Positions 1 to 13,400 of a DNA stretch of 64,000 nt are shown piece by piece. Source of the stretch: Leucoraja erinacea (lineage: Eukaryota). The DNA is taken from NCBI RefSeq assembly GCF_028641065.1, contig NC_073415.1, positions 11,470,001-11,534,000 on the forward strand. The letters are read 5' to 3'. Each line of letters opens with the position of its first letter. Position 1 is the stretch's first letter. The position numbers and the translations under genes are program-made. The notes under the pieces were generated by a model. The model did not search any database and was not told the DNA's origin. It saw nothing but the letters and a program-made list of their open reading frames with translations.

Positions 1-390
1 GGAAACATATACAATTCTTAATGGATTGGACATGGTAGACGCAGGAACAATGTTTCCGATGTTGGGGGAGTCCAGAACCAGGGGTCACAGTTTAAGAATA
101 AGGTTGTAGGCCATTTAGGACTGAGATGAGGAAAAACGTTTTCACCCAGAGAATTGCGAATCTGTGGAATTCTCTGCCACAGGAGGCAGTGGATGTGAAT
201 TCACTGGATGTTTTCAAGAGAGTTAGATATAGATCTTGTGGCTAACAGAATCAAGGGATATGGGGAAATAAAAACAGAAACATGGAACTTATTTTGGATA
301 ATCAGCCAGGATTACATTGAATGTCGGCGCTGGCTCGAAGGGCTGAATGGCCTACTCCTACACCTGCGCCTATTTTCTATGTTTCTAGTT
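1..390 (+). mobile_element. CR1/HER1-like LINE 3' fragment
   Basis: RTRGHSLRI...VNLWNSLP-like coding remnant and TTTCTATG tail. Confidence 0.85.
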
Positions 391-1298
391 TAGTTTAAAG
401 ATACAGCTCGGAAACAGGTCCTTCAGCCCATCAAGTCCACGCCGACCAGTGATTCCCGCACATTAACACTATCCAGCACGCTCTAGGGACAATTTACATT
501 TACACCAAAGGATGGCGGCAGGGGAATGGTTTACAAGGTTGGGCATGAACATTTTATTCCAGAGTCTAGGTCTACATTGCTGGACACAACCTTTGGATGG
601 GACACTGAATGGAGGCTCTCTCAGGTAGCAAACAAAATAGAAAGGCAGCATCTGGTCATTACTGCATTATACATACTAGGGACTACATACTTTACACACA
701 CTGACTGCTGTGTTTAGAGAGTCAAACAGCATCTCTGGAGAACATGGACAGGTGGCGTTTTGGGTCGGGACTCTTCTTCAGACTGACTGAAGGAGTGGGT
801 GGGGTCTGAATCAAGTCTGTCGTGAACAGCCCCATGTGTCAGCTTTGCCCTTCAATAAGATCGGCATCAATCTTTTATCAGAGCTGTTATGTCTTTTACC
901 GCACTAACCCTGTATCCTTTGATTATCTGATAAAATAATGTGGATGAAATACAACATTATCAATGAAGTCCAGGGATGGTGTGGATGGGGGCAAAGTTAT
1001 CAATTGACCTGGATCAAGTAAAATAATGTGGGTCATAGAGAGAAACAGGCCCTTTGGCCCAACTTGCCCACCACCAGCCAACATGCTCCATCTACACTAA
1101 TCCCACCTGCCTGCCTTTGGCCCATATTCCTCCTAACCTGTCCTATCCATGTGTGGGTGAGACAATGAGGTCAGGGGATGGGGGCAAAGTTATCAATTGA
1201 CCAAGATCAAATAAATAAATAAATAGTGTGGGTGAGACACAAAGTTGTTACTGAGCGGGGGAAGAGCGGGTGCAGGCTCGGGGGGGGGGGGGACCTAC

Positions 1299-1421
1299 CC
1301 TTGGATCACACAGCTGGGAACAGTAGGAGTAGATGGATCTAGCCCGGTCAATCTCTCCCAGCTTGCACTCCATGTCGGCAAAACGCAGGCACATGTCTCG
1401 CGCATGTTCGTCTGGCAGCAC
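1299..1421 (-). CDS. XAB2: XAB2 exon 15
   Basis: VLPDEHARDMCLRFADMECKLGEIDRARSIYSYCSQLCDPR. Confidence 0.96.
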
Positions 1422-4400
1422 CTGCAACAAAATAAACATTTGCAAATACTCCCGACAATGGCAAGTTTAAACTCTTTGTCACACCTCTCCAAAAGGGGAA
1501 CCGTGACACAGCTTCTCAATGAGTGTGCAGTTCAACCCAAGGTCTCAGTAGCAGGACCAAGCACAGGCCAGAGGTCCATCTGTCTGCACGGACTGTCGTG
1601 GGAGCACGAGGGGACTGCAAACCCACTCTGAATAAAGGTCATAAGGAATAGTAGAATTAGGCCATTCGGCCCATCAAGTCAATCATGGCTGATCTCTCCC
1701 TCCTAACCCCATTCTCCTGCCTTCTCCCCATAACCACCGACACTTGTACTAATCAAAAATCTGTCTATCTCTGCCTTAAATATGTCCACTGACCTGGCCT
1801 CCACAGCCGTCTGTATTCACCACCGTCTGACTAAAGAAATTCCCCCTCGTATCCTTCCTAAAATAACACCCTTTAATTCTGAAGCTGTGACCTCAGGTCC
1901 TAGACTTTCCCACGGGTGGAAACATCCTCTCCACATCCACTCTACCCACGCCTTGCACTATTCTGTACGTTTCAATGAGGTCCCTCCTCATTCTTCTATA
2001 CTCTAGCGAGTACAGGTCCAGTGCCGACAAACGCTCATCATGTGTTAACCCACTCATTCCTGGGATCATTCTTGTAAACCTCCTCTAGACCCTCCCCAGA
2101 GCCAGCACATCCTTCCTCAGGTGAAGCGTGCTCGGATGCATGCCGTACGTACCTCAATTGATTTCTCGTAAATGCCCCGGGTGTGGGTGACTCCGTAAAT
2201 CTCAGCTGCCCGTTTAATATAGATGTTGTACATCTCGTACTGTTCCAGCGGCGCCACTGCCTTGGTGGCTCGCTCATACACAGCCATGGCGTGCCGGGCC
2301 AGTCCGTAGTCCTCCTCCAGCTTGGCATAGAGCAGGTACAGAGCTGCAGGGACAAGATGCCACCATATCACAGCGACCCATTAATAGTGGTATCATTTAC
2401 ATTTGGTACTAGTTCACCTCTCCTGACCAAACAAGCAAGCTAACACCAAAGAGAGAGACAGAATGTTGGAGTAACTCAATATTTATCATCAATGTAAAAT
2501 GTTTGAAATGTTTCAAGTGCACTAGATTATTTTGAAGATCTTTGATTTGCCATTTGTCGATCTTCGATTTAAGCCAGCATAGAAACATAGAAATTAGGTG
2601 CAGGAGTAGGCCATTCGGCCCTTCGATCTGCATCTGCACTTCCATCCCACTGGATTACTTGTTTTTGTTTTGAAGACATAACAGCCAAGGCTCAGAAAAT
2701 GCATTTCCGTTCTCCACCTCCCAGCCAGTTCCATTATTGATGCCACAAGTTGGAAAGCAAAGGGAGGTTTGGATAAGAGGCCAAGGTGCGCATTTCTCAC
2801 TGATTACTGAATACATTAGCAAACCTCAATAGGCAGATTGGACACAATTGCACATCCCTGAAGTGAGCAGCCCTTGCGCTGGCACCAATTTAAACAAAGG
2901 GTAATTACAGGTGCATCTGATCACTGGGCAGATTTAACTACAAAATCATGCATTTACAATCAGAAACCCATCTTCCCAAACGATGCAGAGAATTGTAATA
3001 GCTTTTAAATTTGGTTGATAAAATGTCAAGATAGTTTCTATATTAAAAATACATCATATAAATGCAAATCGCTGTTGCAATGAATGGAGATGTGGTCTCG
3101 ATCAGTCAAGATGACAAATGGAATGGAAACATGGTCTGGGGCACAGCAGCTGAGAGAGTGCAAAACAGACAGAAATGTTTCACGCTGTCAGGGAGACAAG
3201 CCACATAAGTGGCAGCATGCCACAACCAAATGGACTTTTGTTTTTAATTATTGAGAAAACTAGCAGTAATTCCATGTTAGGAAGTACAGATGAATAAATT
3301 TAATATAAAAAGGCGCATGCTATTGTGGTGGCACGGTGGTGCAGCGGTAGAGTTGCTGCCTTATGGCGCCAGAAACCCAGGTTGGATCCTGACTACGGGT
3401 GCTGTCTGTACGGAGTTTGTACGTTCTCCCCGTGACCTGCGTGGGTTTTCTCCGGATGCTCCGGTTTCCTCCCACACTCCAAAGACGTACAGGTTTGTAG
3501 GTCAATTGGCTTGGTAGAAATGTAAATTGTCCCCAATGTGTTGGATAGTGCCAGCGTACGGTGTGATCACGGGTCGGCACAGACTAGGTGGATCAAAGGT
3601 CCTGTTTCCACACTGTAACTCTCGAAACTCTAATAACAGTACTATTTAGGTGGAGAAAAATGCAAAGAACTACCGCACTAAAGGATTTTGGAGCTCCCTG
3701 TGCATGAAACAGAATTCCAGCACACAAGTACAGTACAAGCCACACAATTACAAGCCAGTTACTGTACACAATGGAAAAGGTCCAAAGAAATCCATTAAAA
3801 TGTAGTCACATACATAAAATCTGTCACGTCTAGCAAAAACTATAGGAAAATGAATCACTTTTTATTGCTGTGTGCCAGTAACTATTTAGTTTAGTTTAGT
3901 GATACAGTGCAGAAACAGGCCCTTCGGCCCACCGAGGCTGCACCACCCAGCGATCCCCGCACATTAATACTATCCCACACTAGGGACAATTTACACATAC
4001 ACCAAGCCAATTTACATACAAACCTGCATGTGCTTGCAGTGTGGGAGGAAACTGGAGATCCTGGAGAAACCCACACAGGTCACGGGGAGAACGGACAAAC
4101 TCCGTACAGACAGCACCCGTAGTCGGGATCGAACCCAGGTCTGCGAGGCTGGAAGACAGCAACTCTACTGCTGAGCCACAGTGGCGTCCCTATTTTCTGT
4201 GTAATGTCTTCACACATTTCTGTGGAGCGCATCATTCATTGCAAATGGGAGTTATTTCACTTGGCAGGGCTTCAATGGGCAATGAACGTTCACCTTGAAT
4301 GGAGTTAAAACAACACGATTGCAAGCACTCACTTTTAGCAAACTTTGGTGGGCATCCATCGAGAGCTTGTTCAAACAGGTCCCGCGCCCTTTCCAGTTTC

Positions 4401-7400
4401 TTCCCACCGTATCGATCGATGAACTTGGTCAGGTAAGTGTTCCAAATATCATAAACATTGGGCCACCTAAACAGGGCAACCCCTCGCTCGTAGGCCTGCA
4501 ATAAGGGAGCACAAGTAGATAAGTCAAAAACCTTCAACCTGTTGGCTTAGTTGAGGAACAGTGTGTGACTGGACACACAAGGAACTGCAGCCGCGGGTTT
4601 ACATTTAAAAAAAACCCCAAAGTGCTGGAGTACCTCAGTGGGTCAAGCAGCATCGCTGGAGAACATATTAGACTTTTATACATAAGATGCTGTTAACCTG
4701 CAACGGTATGCAGAGACGATTTACGAGGATGTTTGAGCAGGCAGGCTAGAGAGATGTTTTAGATCATTAGGGGAATAGATTGAGTAAAAGACTGTGCCTT
4801 TACTCTGAGTAGGGGAATCAACAACCAGACCACATAGGTATAAGTTGGGAAGGGAAAGATTTAATAGGAACCCAAAGGGCAATTTCTCTACACAAAGGGC
4901 GGTGGGTGTGTGGATCGAGCTGCCAGAGGAGGTGGAAAATGCAGGTACTAAAACAACATCTAAAATACATTTGGACAGGTATATGGATAGGAAAGGTTCA
5001 GATGGATATGGGGCAAACACAGGCATGTGCAGCTGGTGTAGTAGATGGGGCAAGTTGGGCCTGTTTCCTTGCTGTATGAAGGTACACAAAAATGCTGGAG
5101 AAACTCAGGGGGTGCAGCAGCATCTATGGAGCGAAGGAGATAGGCAACGTTTCGGGCCGAAACCCTTCTTCAGTCTGAATGGGTGACGCTTCAGGTCGAG
5201 ACCTTTCTTCAGACTGATCATCTTTCTTCAGAACCCTCCCCCAAAGACCCACACCATCCTGGCCACACACTCGTTTCACCATCGCCATCGGGAAGAAGGT
5301 ACAGGAGCCTGAAAACTGTAACATCCAGGTTCAGGAACAGCTTCTTCCCTACAGCCAAGCAAGTAAGAATTTCATTGTCCTATCTGGCACATTTGACAAT
5401 AAACCACTCTTGACTCTTGGCTCCATCGTCCCAGTATTGTTTGCATGAAGCATTTACTGATATCCCCTTCACTGACCTAGTTAAATGTAATTGTACACAC
5501 TGGACTCTCCCATTCTCTAAATAGCTTCTCCTTGGAAGCATTCCTTAACTAAACGGCATACCGTGTGTCTACATTACCAGCAGTGTGGAGAATTGAGTGG
5601 AAAGGTGGCTGGTGCCAGCATCAACACAAGCCAAAAGCATAAATTAACTTCCCATGAAAGAAGCCATTCATTTAAAGAATATAATCTAGCTATCGAATGG
5701 CAGGGTGTGACTTCTGTACTGTAATCTGACCCCAGGGAATTGGGAGATTTAGATAGGCTGTACTGCTCAAAGTTTGCATTTTGAGCTAGCTGACCCAATA
5801 CAACCGAGATGATTTGCCTTGTAAAACGGACTGCATTGTATTCTTGTTTCTGCAGCACCAACTGGGTTCTTCCTCTCATTAGGTTACACAGCTACACCAG
5901 GTTAAATAAAGTACATCGCAGGAGAGGGTGATGTTCCCAAACATGTACACTTCACTCACGTTTCTATACTGAGCATCAGGATATTAATTACCCAAGATAG
6001 ACACAAAAAGCTAGAGTAACTCAGCGGGAAAGGCAGCATCTCTGGAGAGAAGGAATGGGTGACATTTCGGGTTGAGACCTTTCTATCTTCGGTTAAAATG
6101 GCAGTGCTGGCTCGAAGGGCCGAATGGCCTACTCCTGCACCGATGTTTCTATGTTTACCTCTGTTAACATTGGCAACACAATTGTATGCTGACATTCAAG
6201 CAGGTGAGAAGGGGGACATAAAAACAGAAAAATAGGTGCAGGAGTAGGCCATTTGGCCCTTCGAGCCAGCACTGTCATTCGTTATGATCATGGCTGATCA
6301 TCTCAAATCAGTACCCCATTCCTGCTTTATCCTCATATTCCTTGATTCCTTTAGCCCTAAGAGCTAAATCTAACTCCCTCTTGAAAACATCCAGTGAAAT
6401 GGCCTCCACTGCCTTCTGTGGCAGAGAATTCTGTGGCACAGATTCGCAACTCTAAGTGAAAATGTTTTTCCTCATCTCAGTCCTAAATGGCCTACCCCTT
6501 ATTCTTAAACTGTGACCCCTGGTTCTGGACTCCTCCAACATCGGGAAAATTTTTCCTGCATCTAGCCTGTCCAACCCTTTAAGGATGTTATGTTTCTATG
6601 AGATCCTCTCTCATCCTTCTAAATTCCAGTGAATATAAGCCCAGTCGACCAATTCTTTCATCATATGCCATGGGACAGGCAATTTCAATGTACAATACTC
6701 CCTTTTCCGCCACCTTTCAGAAATACTACACACCAAGGAAATATAATCGCAGAGAATCTGTCTAGCGTGAACCTGGAATTAGCCATCATTAAACCATTAT
6801 TGCTTTCATTTAAATATGGTTGCTAAGATATTGTACAAAAAATGTGCACAAGGGAAAGGGGCAACAATTAGTATTGGAGACACATGGAGATAAATATGTT
6901 TTTTGTTCCTTTCTGAATTTACATCCATTGACATTTAAAATGCAATTTGGATATTTGAATTCTGTGCCTTCCAAGTCCCACTGTAGAAAGTTGACGTACA
7001 TCGGTAAGGAGTGATGTTTACTGCTCCCTACCCCCCACTGTGGATAGGAAACTGGGCAGATTTATTTGGAGGTACAGCGTCTATCTCCAGCCTGGCAAAG
7101 GTGACTATCAGAGCTACAGGATTTAGGGTTAAACCACAAATCACCTGGTGAAATTAGTGTTCTAATAGGAAGCACTTAATCTAATCTTCTTATCGAATCC
7201 ACACACAAGATTAGTTGTTGTTCAGCCTGAGCTGAACACACGTCTCAGCATCAGCACAATGGTGCCTGTCTTGTGCTTCTTGTGTGTTGTGGTGGAAAGA
7301 TTGGTGGAAACAGGGCCGCGACGTGAAAACTCTTTCCTTGGCCCCCACTAAATCCAATGTTATCAGACAACTAAACAGTCCTCTCATCAGCTGGAGAGCA

Positions 7401-10400
7401 GTCCTGTTTACTTCATTAGAGACCTTAGAACTATCTTTAATCAGACTTTATTGGACTTCAATGTTATATCTTTGCACTCAATGTTGTACCCTTTATCTCT
7501 GACCTGTGGAGGGTTCGATTGTATTCATGTAGAGCCTTTTCTTTGGAAAACCAACAGCGCTTGAATACTCAAAGATGCAATGATGCACAGAATTACTCTC
7601 CGTTCACAGATCACGTTATTCCCTTTATCATGTATCTGTACACTGAGGACGGCTCGATTGTAACCATGTATAGTCTTTCCACCAACTGGATAGCAACTGT
7701 ACCTCGACACACGTGGCAATAAACTAAACTAAACTCAACCCATCACCAGTTGCACCAGCCCAAACGCTGGGTGCCTCTTGGTACAAGAGTGCCAGTGGGA
7801 TTAACAACAATCAGTGGCTCACCTTGAAACTTTCTTCATAGTAGTTGTGCTCTGTCAGGAACATTGCGTAGTTGATGATGATCTGGGGCGTGGCAATTCG
7901 AAGATCTATAATCCTGTCGTACACGGCCTTCGTAGACTAAATAAAAATAATATTTAAAAATACAAACACTGCGTATTGTTTTTAAACAAAATATCAGAGG
8001 CAGTTCAAAGCTAAAGTACACTGCACAAACAAAACTCATTTGTGCATCTCAAGTACAGATCTATATGAAAAGCAGACCACACCCAAGCACAAACTTATTC
8101 TTTATTCACCTTGAACGTTCCAAGACTCTCCTCCAGATCTGCTAACATGGACCAGACTTTCAGCGACTTGTACACCCTGTTCTGGACAGGTTCTGTCGAA
8201 TCAAAGTACTCGGCCTTTTTCGCTGGTACGGCGGTAGCTCTCTGTGGAGATTAAAATACAGAATAAGGAAGGCTGCTCTTCACACACACACGTATACGCA
8301 CACGCACACACACNNNNNNNNNNNNNNNNNNNNNNNNNNNNNNNNNNNNNNNNNNNNNNNNNNNNNNNNNNNNNNNNNNNNNNNNNNNNNNNNNNNNNNN
8401 NNNNNNNNNNNNNNNNNNNNNNNNNNNNNNNNNNNNNNNNNNNNNACGTATACGCACACGCACACACACACGCACACGTATACACACGTATACGCACACA
8501 CACACATGCACACACACACACATACATATAAAGCCAGAACTAAACGAGGACATCATTATTAAGACAAGTTGCTTTCTATTGTTAGGGTTACACAGATGAC
8601 CCACTTTGTGTTGAAACAGGGGCACTCATTCCATAAAAGGGCACACAGTGGCACAGCGGTAGAGTTGCTGCCTTACAGAGCTAGAGATCCGGGTTCCATC
8701 CCGTCTAGGGGTGCTGTCTGTACGGAGTTTGTACGTTTTCCCCGTGACCTGCGTGGGTTTTATCACTGATTTTCAGTTTCCTCCTACACTCCAAAAACAC
8801 ACAAGTTTGTAGGCTAATTGGCTTGGGATAAATATAAATTGTCCCTAGCGTGTGTAGAATAGTGTTAGTGTGCGGGGATCGCTGGTCAGTACGGACTCGG
8901 TGGGCTGAAGGGCCTGTTTCCGCCCTGTATCTCTAAACTAAACGTCTCAAAGTCCAGGCCTCGTATTTTCGTGCTTCCCTGTCCCCCCGAGTGCCTTTGA
9001 CAGTCATTGACCAAGTGATTGCAGAATGAACCCAATGTAACATTTGCTTCACAGTAACAAGGACCAGTTTACAGTCATCAAGAAGAGAAATATTCTTCAT
9101 GGGGAATTCAGTGACACATGGAATCATGTGCAAAGAGGGATTGTTGAGGTTGAGGCCATTAAGGCTGATGATTAGACTGGGGCCATAATGAGTGGGTACT
9201 GATTGTGGATGATCAGCCATGATCACATTGAATGGCAGTGCTCCTGCACCTATTGTTCAGCCCATAGGCAGAGTCACTAATTAACCAAGGTGGGAATTCA
9301 GGAGAAAATTCTTCACCAAGTGAGTGATTTAAAGTCCTTACAACACAGAGAAACTGTGGCAACAGATACACTTAAAATGGAGCTAGATTACAAACGAGGA
9401 TAGACACAAAATGTTGGAGTAACTCAGCGGGACAGGCGGCATCTCTGGAGATAAGGAATGGGTGACGTTTCGAGTCGAGACCCTTCTTCAGACTCATAGT
9501 CAGGGGAGAGGGAGGCGCAGAGATAAGAAAGGGTTAGGTGTGAAAACGAGACATCAAAGGGGATGGGGTCAAGGAAAATACGAGGTGGAAATGGATAGAA
9601 AGATATGTAAAATATATGTAAATTCTATGTAAACATTGGTGGAGACACCACAAACAATCAGCCTGATCTGACAAAACACAGCAAAAGTTAGAGCATTAAA
9701 ATACTTCATGGCTAATGATCTGCCTGGGCCATCGATGTAAACAGATACTTATAATGTATTAGTCCTGTACAGCAAGTGGTGCATGTTCTGGGGCCATTGT
9801 AACTGGTGGGAAGGCTCGCTGGTGCAGTTCATTCACTGCTGCAGGAGTCTCGGAGCACATGATGTGCTATTACCGTTTGAAGCAGATGTACAAATGGACC
9901 AGAATCATGTGCTGTCTTTCCGCTGACTGGTTAGCACGCAACAAAAGCTTTTCACTGTACCTCGGATACATGTGACAATAAACTAACATGAAACGGTTTG
10001 ATACTCTGAGCCGGTCTGCTTCCAGACATACTGCTCGTCGCTTGGCTAACATAGAAAGCTGACCCTTGAAACAGGTCTTACGGATAAGAGGGCAGTCAAT
10101 GTCATCTGAAGAAAACCTTGCTTTGTGTGAGGTGGAGGTGGTGAAGTTACTGGATGAGAAACACAGGGCCTGGACATCTGCTCAAATCCCAACACAACTG
10201 TTGAGGAATTTTAATTCAAGTAACTGCCCATGTATAATATATTTATATTATATTATAATAATTTAATTTAAATTTTATTATATTATTTATTATATTATCT
10301 GGTCTCCTCCCAAATTCCAAAGACTCACAGTTTTGTAGGTTAACTGGCATCTGTATATTGTCTCTGGTGTGTAGGATAGAGCTAGTGAGAATGGGTGATT

Positions 10401-13400
10401 GCTGGCCAGCATGGGCTCAATGGGCCAAAGGGCCTGTTTCCACACTGTGCTCTTAACTATACTAAATTCCTACGGCACGTGGGTTGGCAGCTTAACTGGC
10501 CGCTGTAAATTGCCCTGGGTGTGATACGAGTGTGCAGTAGAAGCTGGGGAGGGTAAAACAAAGTAAGTTGGTGCCTGTGGTCAGTTTCAACGCAGTGGAA
10601 TGTTACAGATGTGATTCCAGCATGGAATGATTCCAGGCAGCTCACCATCGCCACCCGGTGGCTGTAGCAGAAGGCATCACAATCCAAGTCCTGAAAGGAG
10701 GACTGGGTGTGGCAGAAGAGTGGAATAAAGCATCTAATTTCCAATCCCAAATGCGTCTCAAGTTGGCAATTGCCAGTAACCAGAAGTACATACCAGACCC
10801 ACAGTAAACTCAATGATTGAAGGGCTTCTACTAAACTGACTGTGGGACTAGAGTGGAAACAGGCCCTTCGACCCAACTTGCCCACACCGAGCAATATGTC
10901 CCACCTGCCCGTGTTTGGCCCACATCCCTCTAAACCTACCCTATCCATGTACCTGTCTAAATGTTTCTTAAACATTGTGACAGTACCTGCAAAGCCAAGC
11001 TCTGCACCAATCTTGGTGGCTCATGCAGCAGAAACATTTAGACAGGTAAATGGATAGGACGGGTTTAGAGGGTTGTGGGCCAAACGCAGGCAGGTGGGAC
11101 TAGTCTAGATGGGGCATGTTGGTCGGCGCGGGCAAGTTGAGCCGAAGGGCTTGTTTCCATGACCTAGAGTCCACCTTTCTGCCAGAGTCTACATGCAGAG
11201 CCCCAGCAAGATCGGACACAACCACAGAGAGGCAGAAAGGAGAACGTACCCTGAGCAATCGGAGCGCCTCCTCGTAGTTTTCATGCCTGAGCTCCATTTC
11301 CCCGTACTCACACCAAACTCCAGCCAAGTCATCCACGTGCTTGAAATTCACTTTTGTGGCTTTCTCAAAGATAGTCCGGGCCTGAAACAGAAAATTAAAA
11401 ATGCCCGTCTGTACAAACGATGTCACTCTTGTCATGGGAGCTCCTAGCGGGTGTAGGCATCTCCTGGTTCTCCTGGGATGCTGCCTGTCCTGCTGGGTTA
11501 CTCCAGCACTTTGTGGCTTTCCTTAGTAAACCAGCACCTGCAGTTCCTGATCTACTAGCTGTGACCAGACAAATATTCAGCTAACAAAATGTCCACTCCA
11601 ATGGTTCGAGCTTCACAGAAAGTGTCTGAACTGTGGAAGCTAGAATATCTCCACTGCCATATTTTATCCATTCATTTAAACCCGAGCCCATCACAAGCTG
11701 ATTATTGCTGAGAAATAAAAGTCTTCTCATTTAGCAAATTCAGCTCCTGGCGATACGTCCACGTTCGTTGAAGCTCTCTCCACCCTGCCCTGACAAGGGT
11801 TTCAGCTCAGGATTCTCAGATACACACCCCCCACTCCCACCTCATCTCCCATTCTCCACGCAGCTGAACCCTGTCAGAATGTGGATTAAGCCAGTTTGTC
11901 AGTGTATTACATGCCCATTGAGGAATCTGACTGACTCATTTCATGAAAGACTCCATCATTCTCATTGGGACTATGTCTCTAGACTCCCCCTCCCCCGACT
12001 CTCAGTCCGAAGAAGGGTCTCGACCCGAAACATCACCCATTCCATCAATTTGGAGATGCTGCCTGTCCCACCGAGTTACTCCAGCATTTTGTGTCTATCT
12101 TCGAAGTAAACCAGCATCTGCAGTTCCTTCCTATACATTGGTACCCTCGTCTTATTCAGCATGGAAACAGGCCATTCGGCCCAACTGCTGCCAACCAGTG
12201 GAGACCCACCCGTACTATCCACATCTCCCAGCATCGATGAAAGGACAGTATTGAGCCTCAGCTTCATGCAGCTCCTCCAAAGTTTACTTAAGATACAACT
12301 AAGCATCGACTTACGTCCTGAATCTGTCCGTTTTCTTCGTAAAACTTTGCAAAGGAGACCCATAATGAATGTGGCTTCCCAGTGGCCTTCAGCGGGTCGA
12401 TAGTCTGCACGGCTTCTGTGTAAGTGTTTATGATCTACAATGTATAAAAATAAAACAAGGGGTTAAAAAAACGGGCTGGATCTTGAACAATGACAAGGTG
12501 GAGAATAGAATGGAGACAGGAAGCCCAGTAGCAGGATGTCATAGCATTAATGGTCAAGGAACCAGGTCAGTGCCACCACTTCCTCAGTGGTATCCAACCA
12601 ACTCTTACCAATTTCTATAGATGTAACATAGAAAACATCTGATCCAGATGCATCGCAGCTTGGTTTGGAAGAGGCTTTGCCCGAGGATGCAAGAAAATAC
12701 AGGGATTTGAGAACGATAAACAGCAACCCCCCCACACACAGACTCACACAGCCCTGAAAAAGCAGCCACTCGCACACCAGGCATTATTTCTTCTCCCCTC
12801 TCCTGGAGATATGAAACCTAGAACATACTCACCACAATATTCAAGAACAGCTTCATCCCAGCTGGTATCAGACTCCTGAATTTCCTATCCTGTGGATGGT
12901 TTCCTGATCTTCCAATCTGCCCCATTATCACTGTAGCACTCATTTCTAATTGCATTTTTTCTATAGCTACAACACTATATTCTGCACAGTTTATTTTTCA
13001 CTTTTACACTACCAATGGCCCCGGTATAGGGCATGACATGGCTGGATAGTATTGTATCTCGGTGCAGGTGACAATACCACACCGACATCAGGTGTGAGAC
13101 ATAAACAGGCAGGTAAAGATTGAGAAGAATGGAAGGAAACAGTAAAGGAAATGGGTTTATCATTTGTCTAAAGGAGAAATATTTTAACATGTGCTGTCTT
13201 TCATGTTGTACTGAACATCACTGGTTTCAGGATAATGTTTAATTTAGTGTAGTTTAAAGATACAGCATGGAAATCGGCCCGACCAGCGATCACCCCGTAC
13301 ATCAACATTGTCCAACACACTAGGGACAATTTACAATCTTTACCAAAGCCAATTAACCTACAAACCTGCACGTCTTTGGAGTGTGGGAGGAAACCGGAGC

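Noticed and set aside
3329-3400. tRNA-like sequences at SINE heads
   Set aside because: They continue into the SINE core and tail and lack a complete cloverleaf; not tRNA genes.
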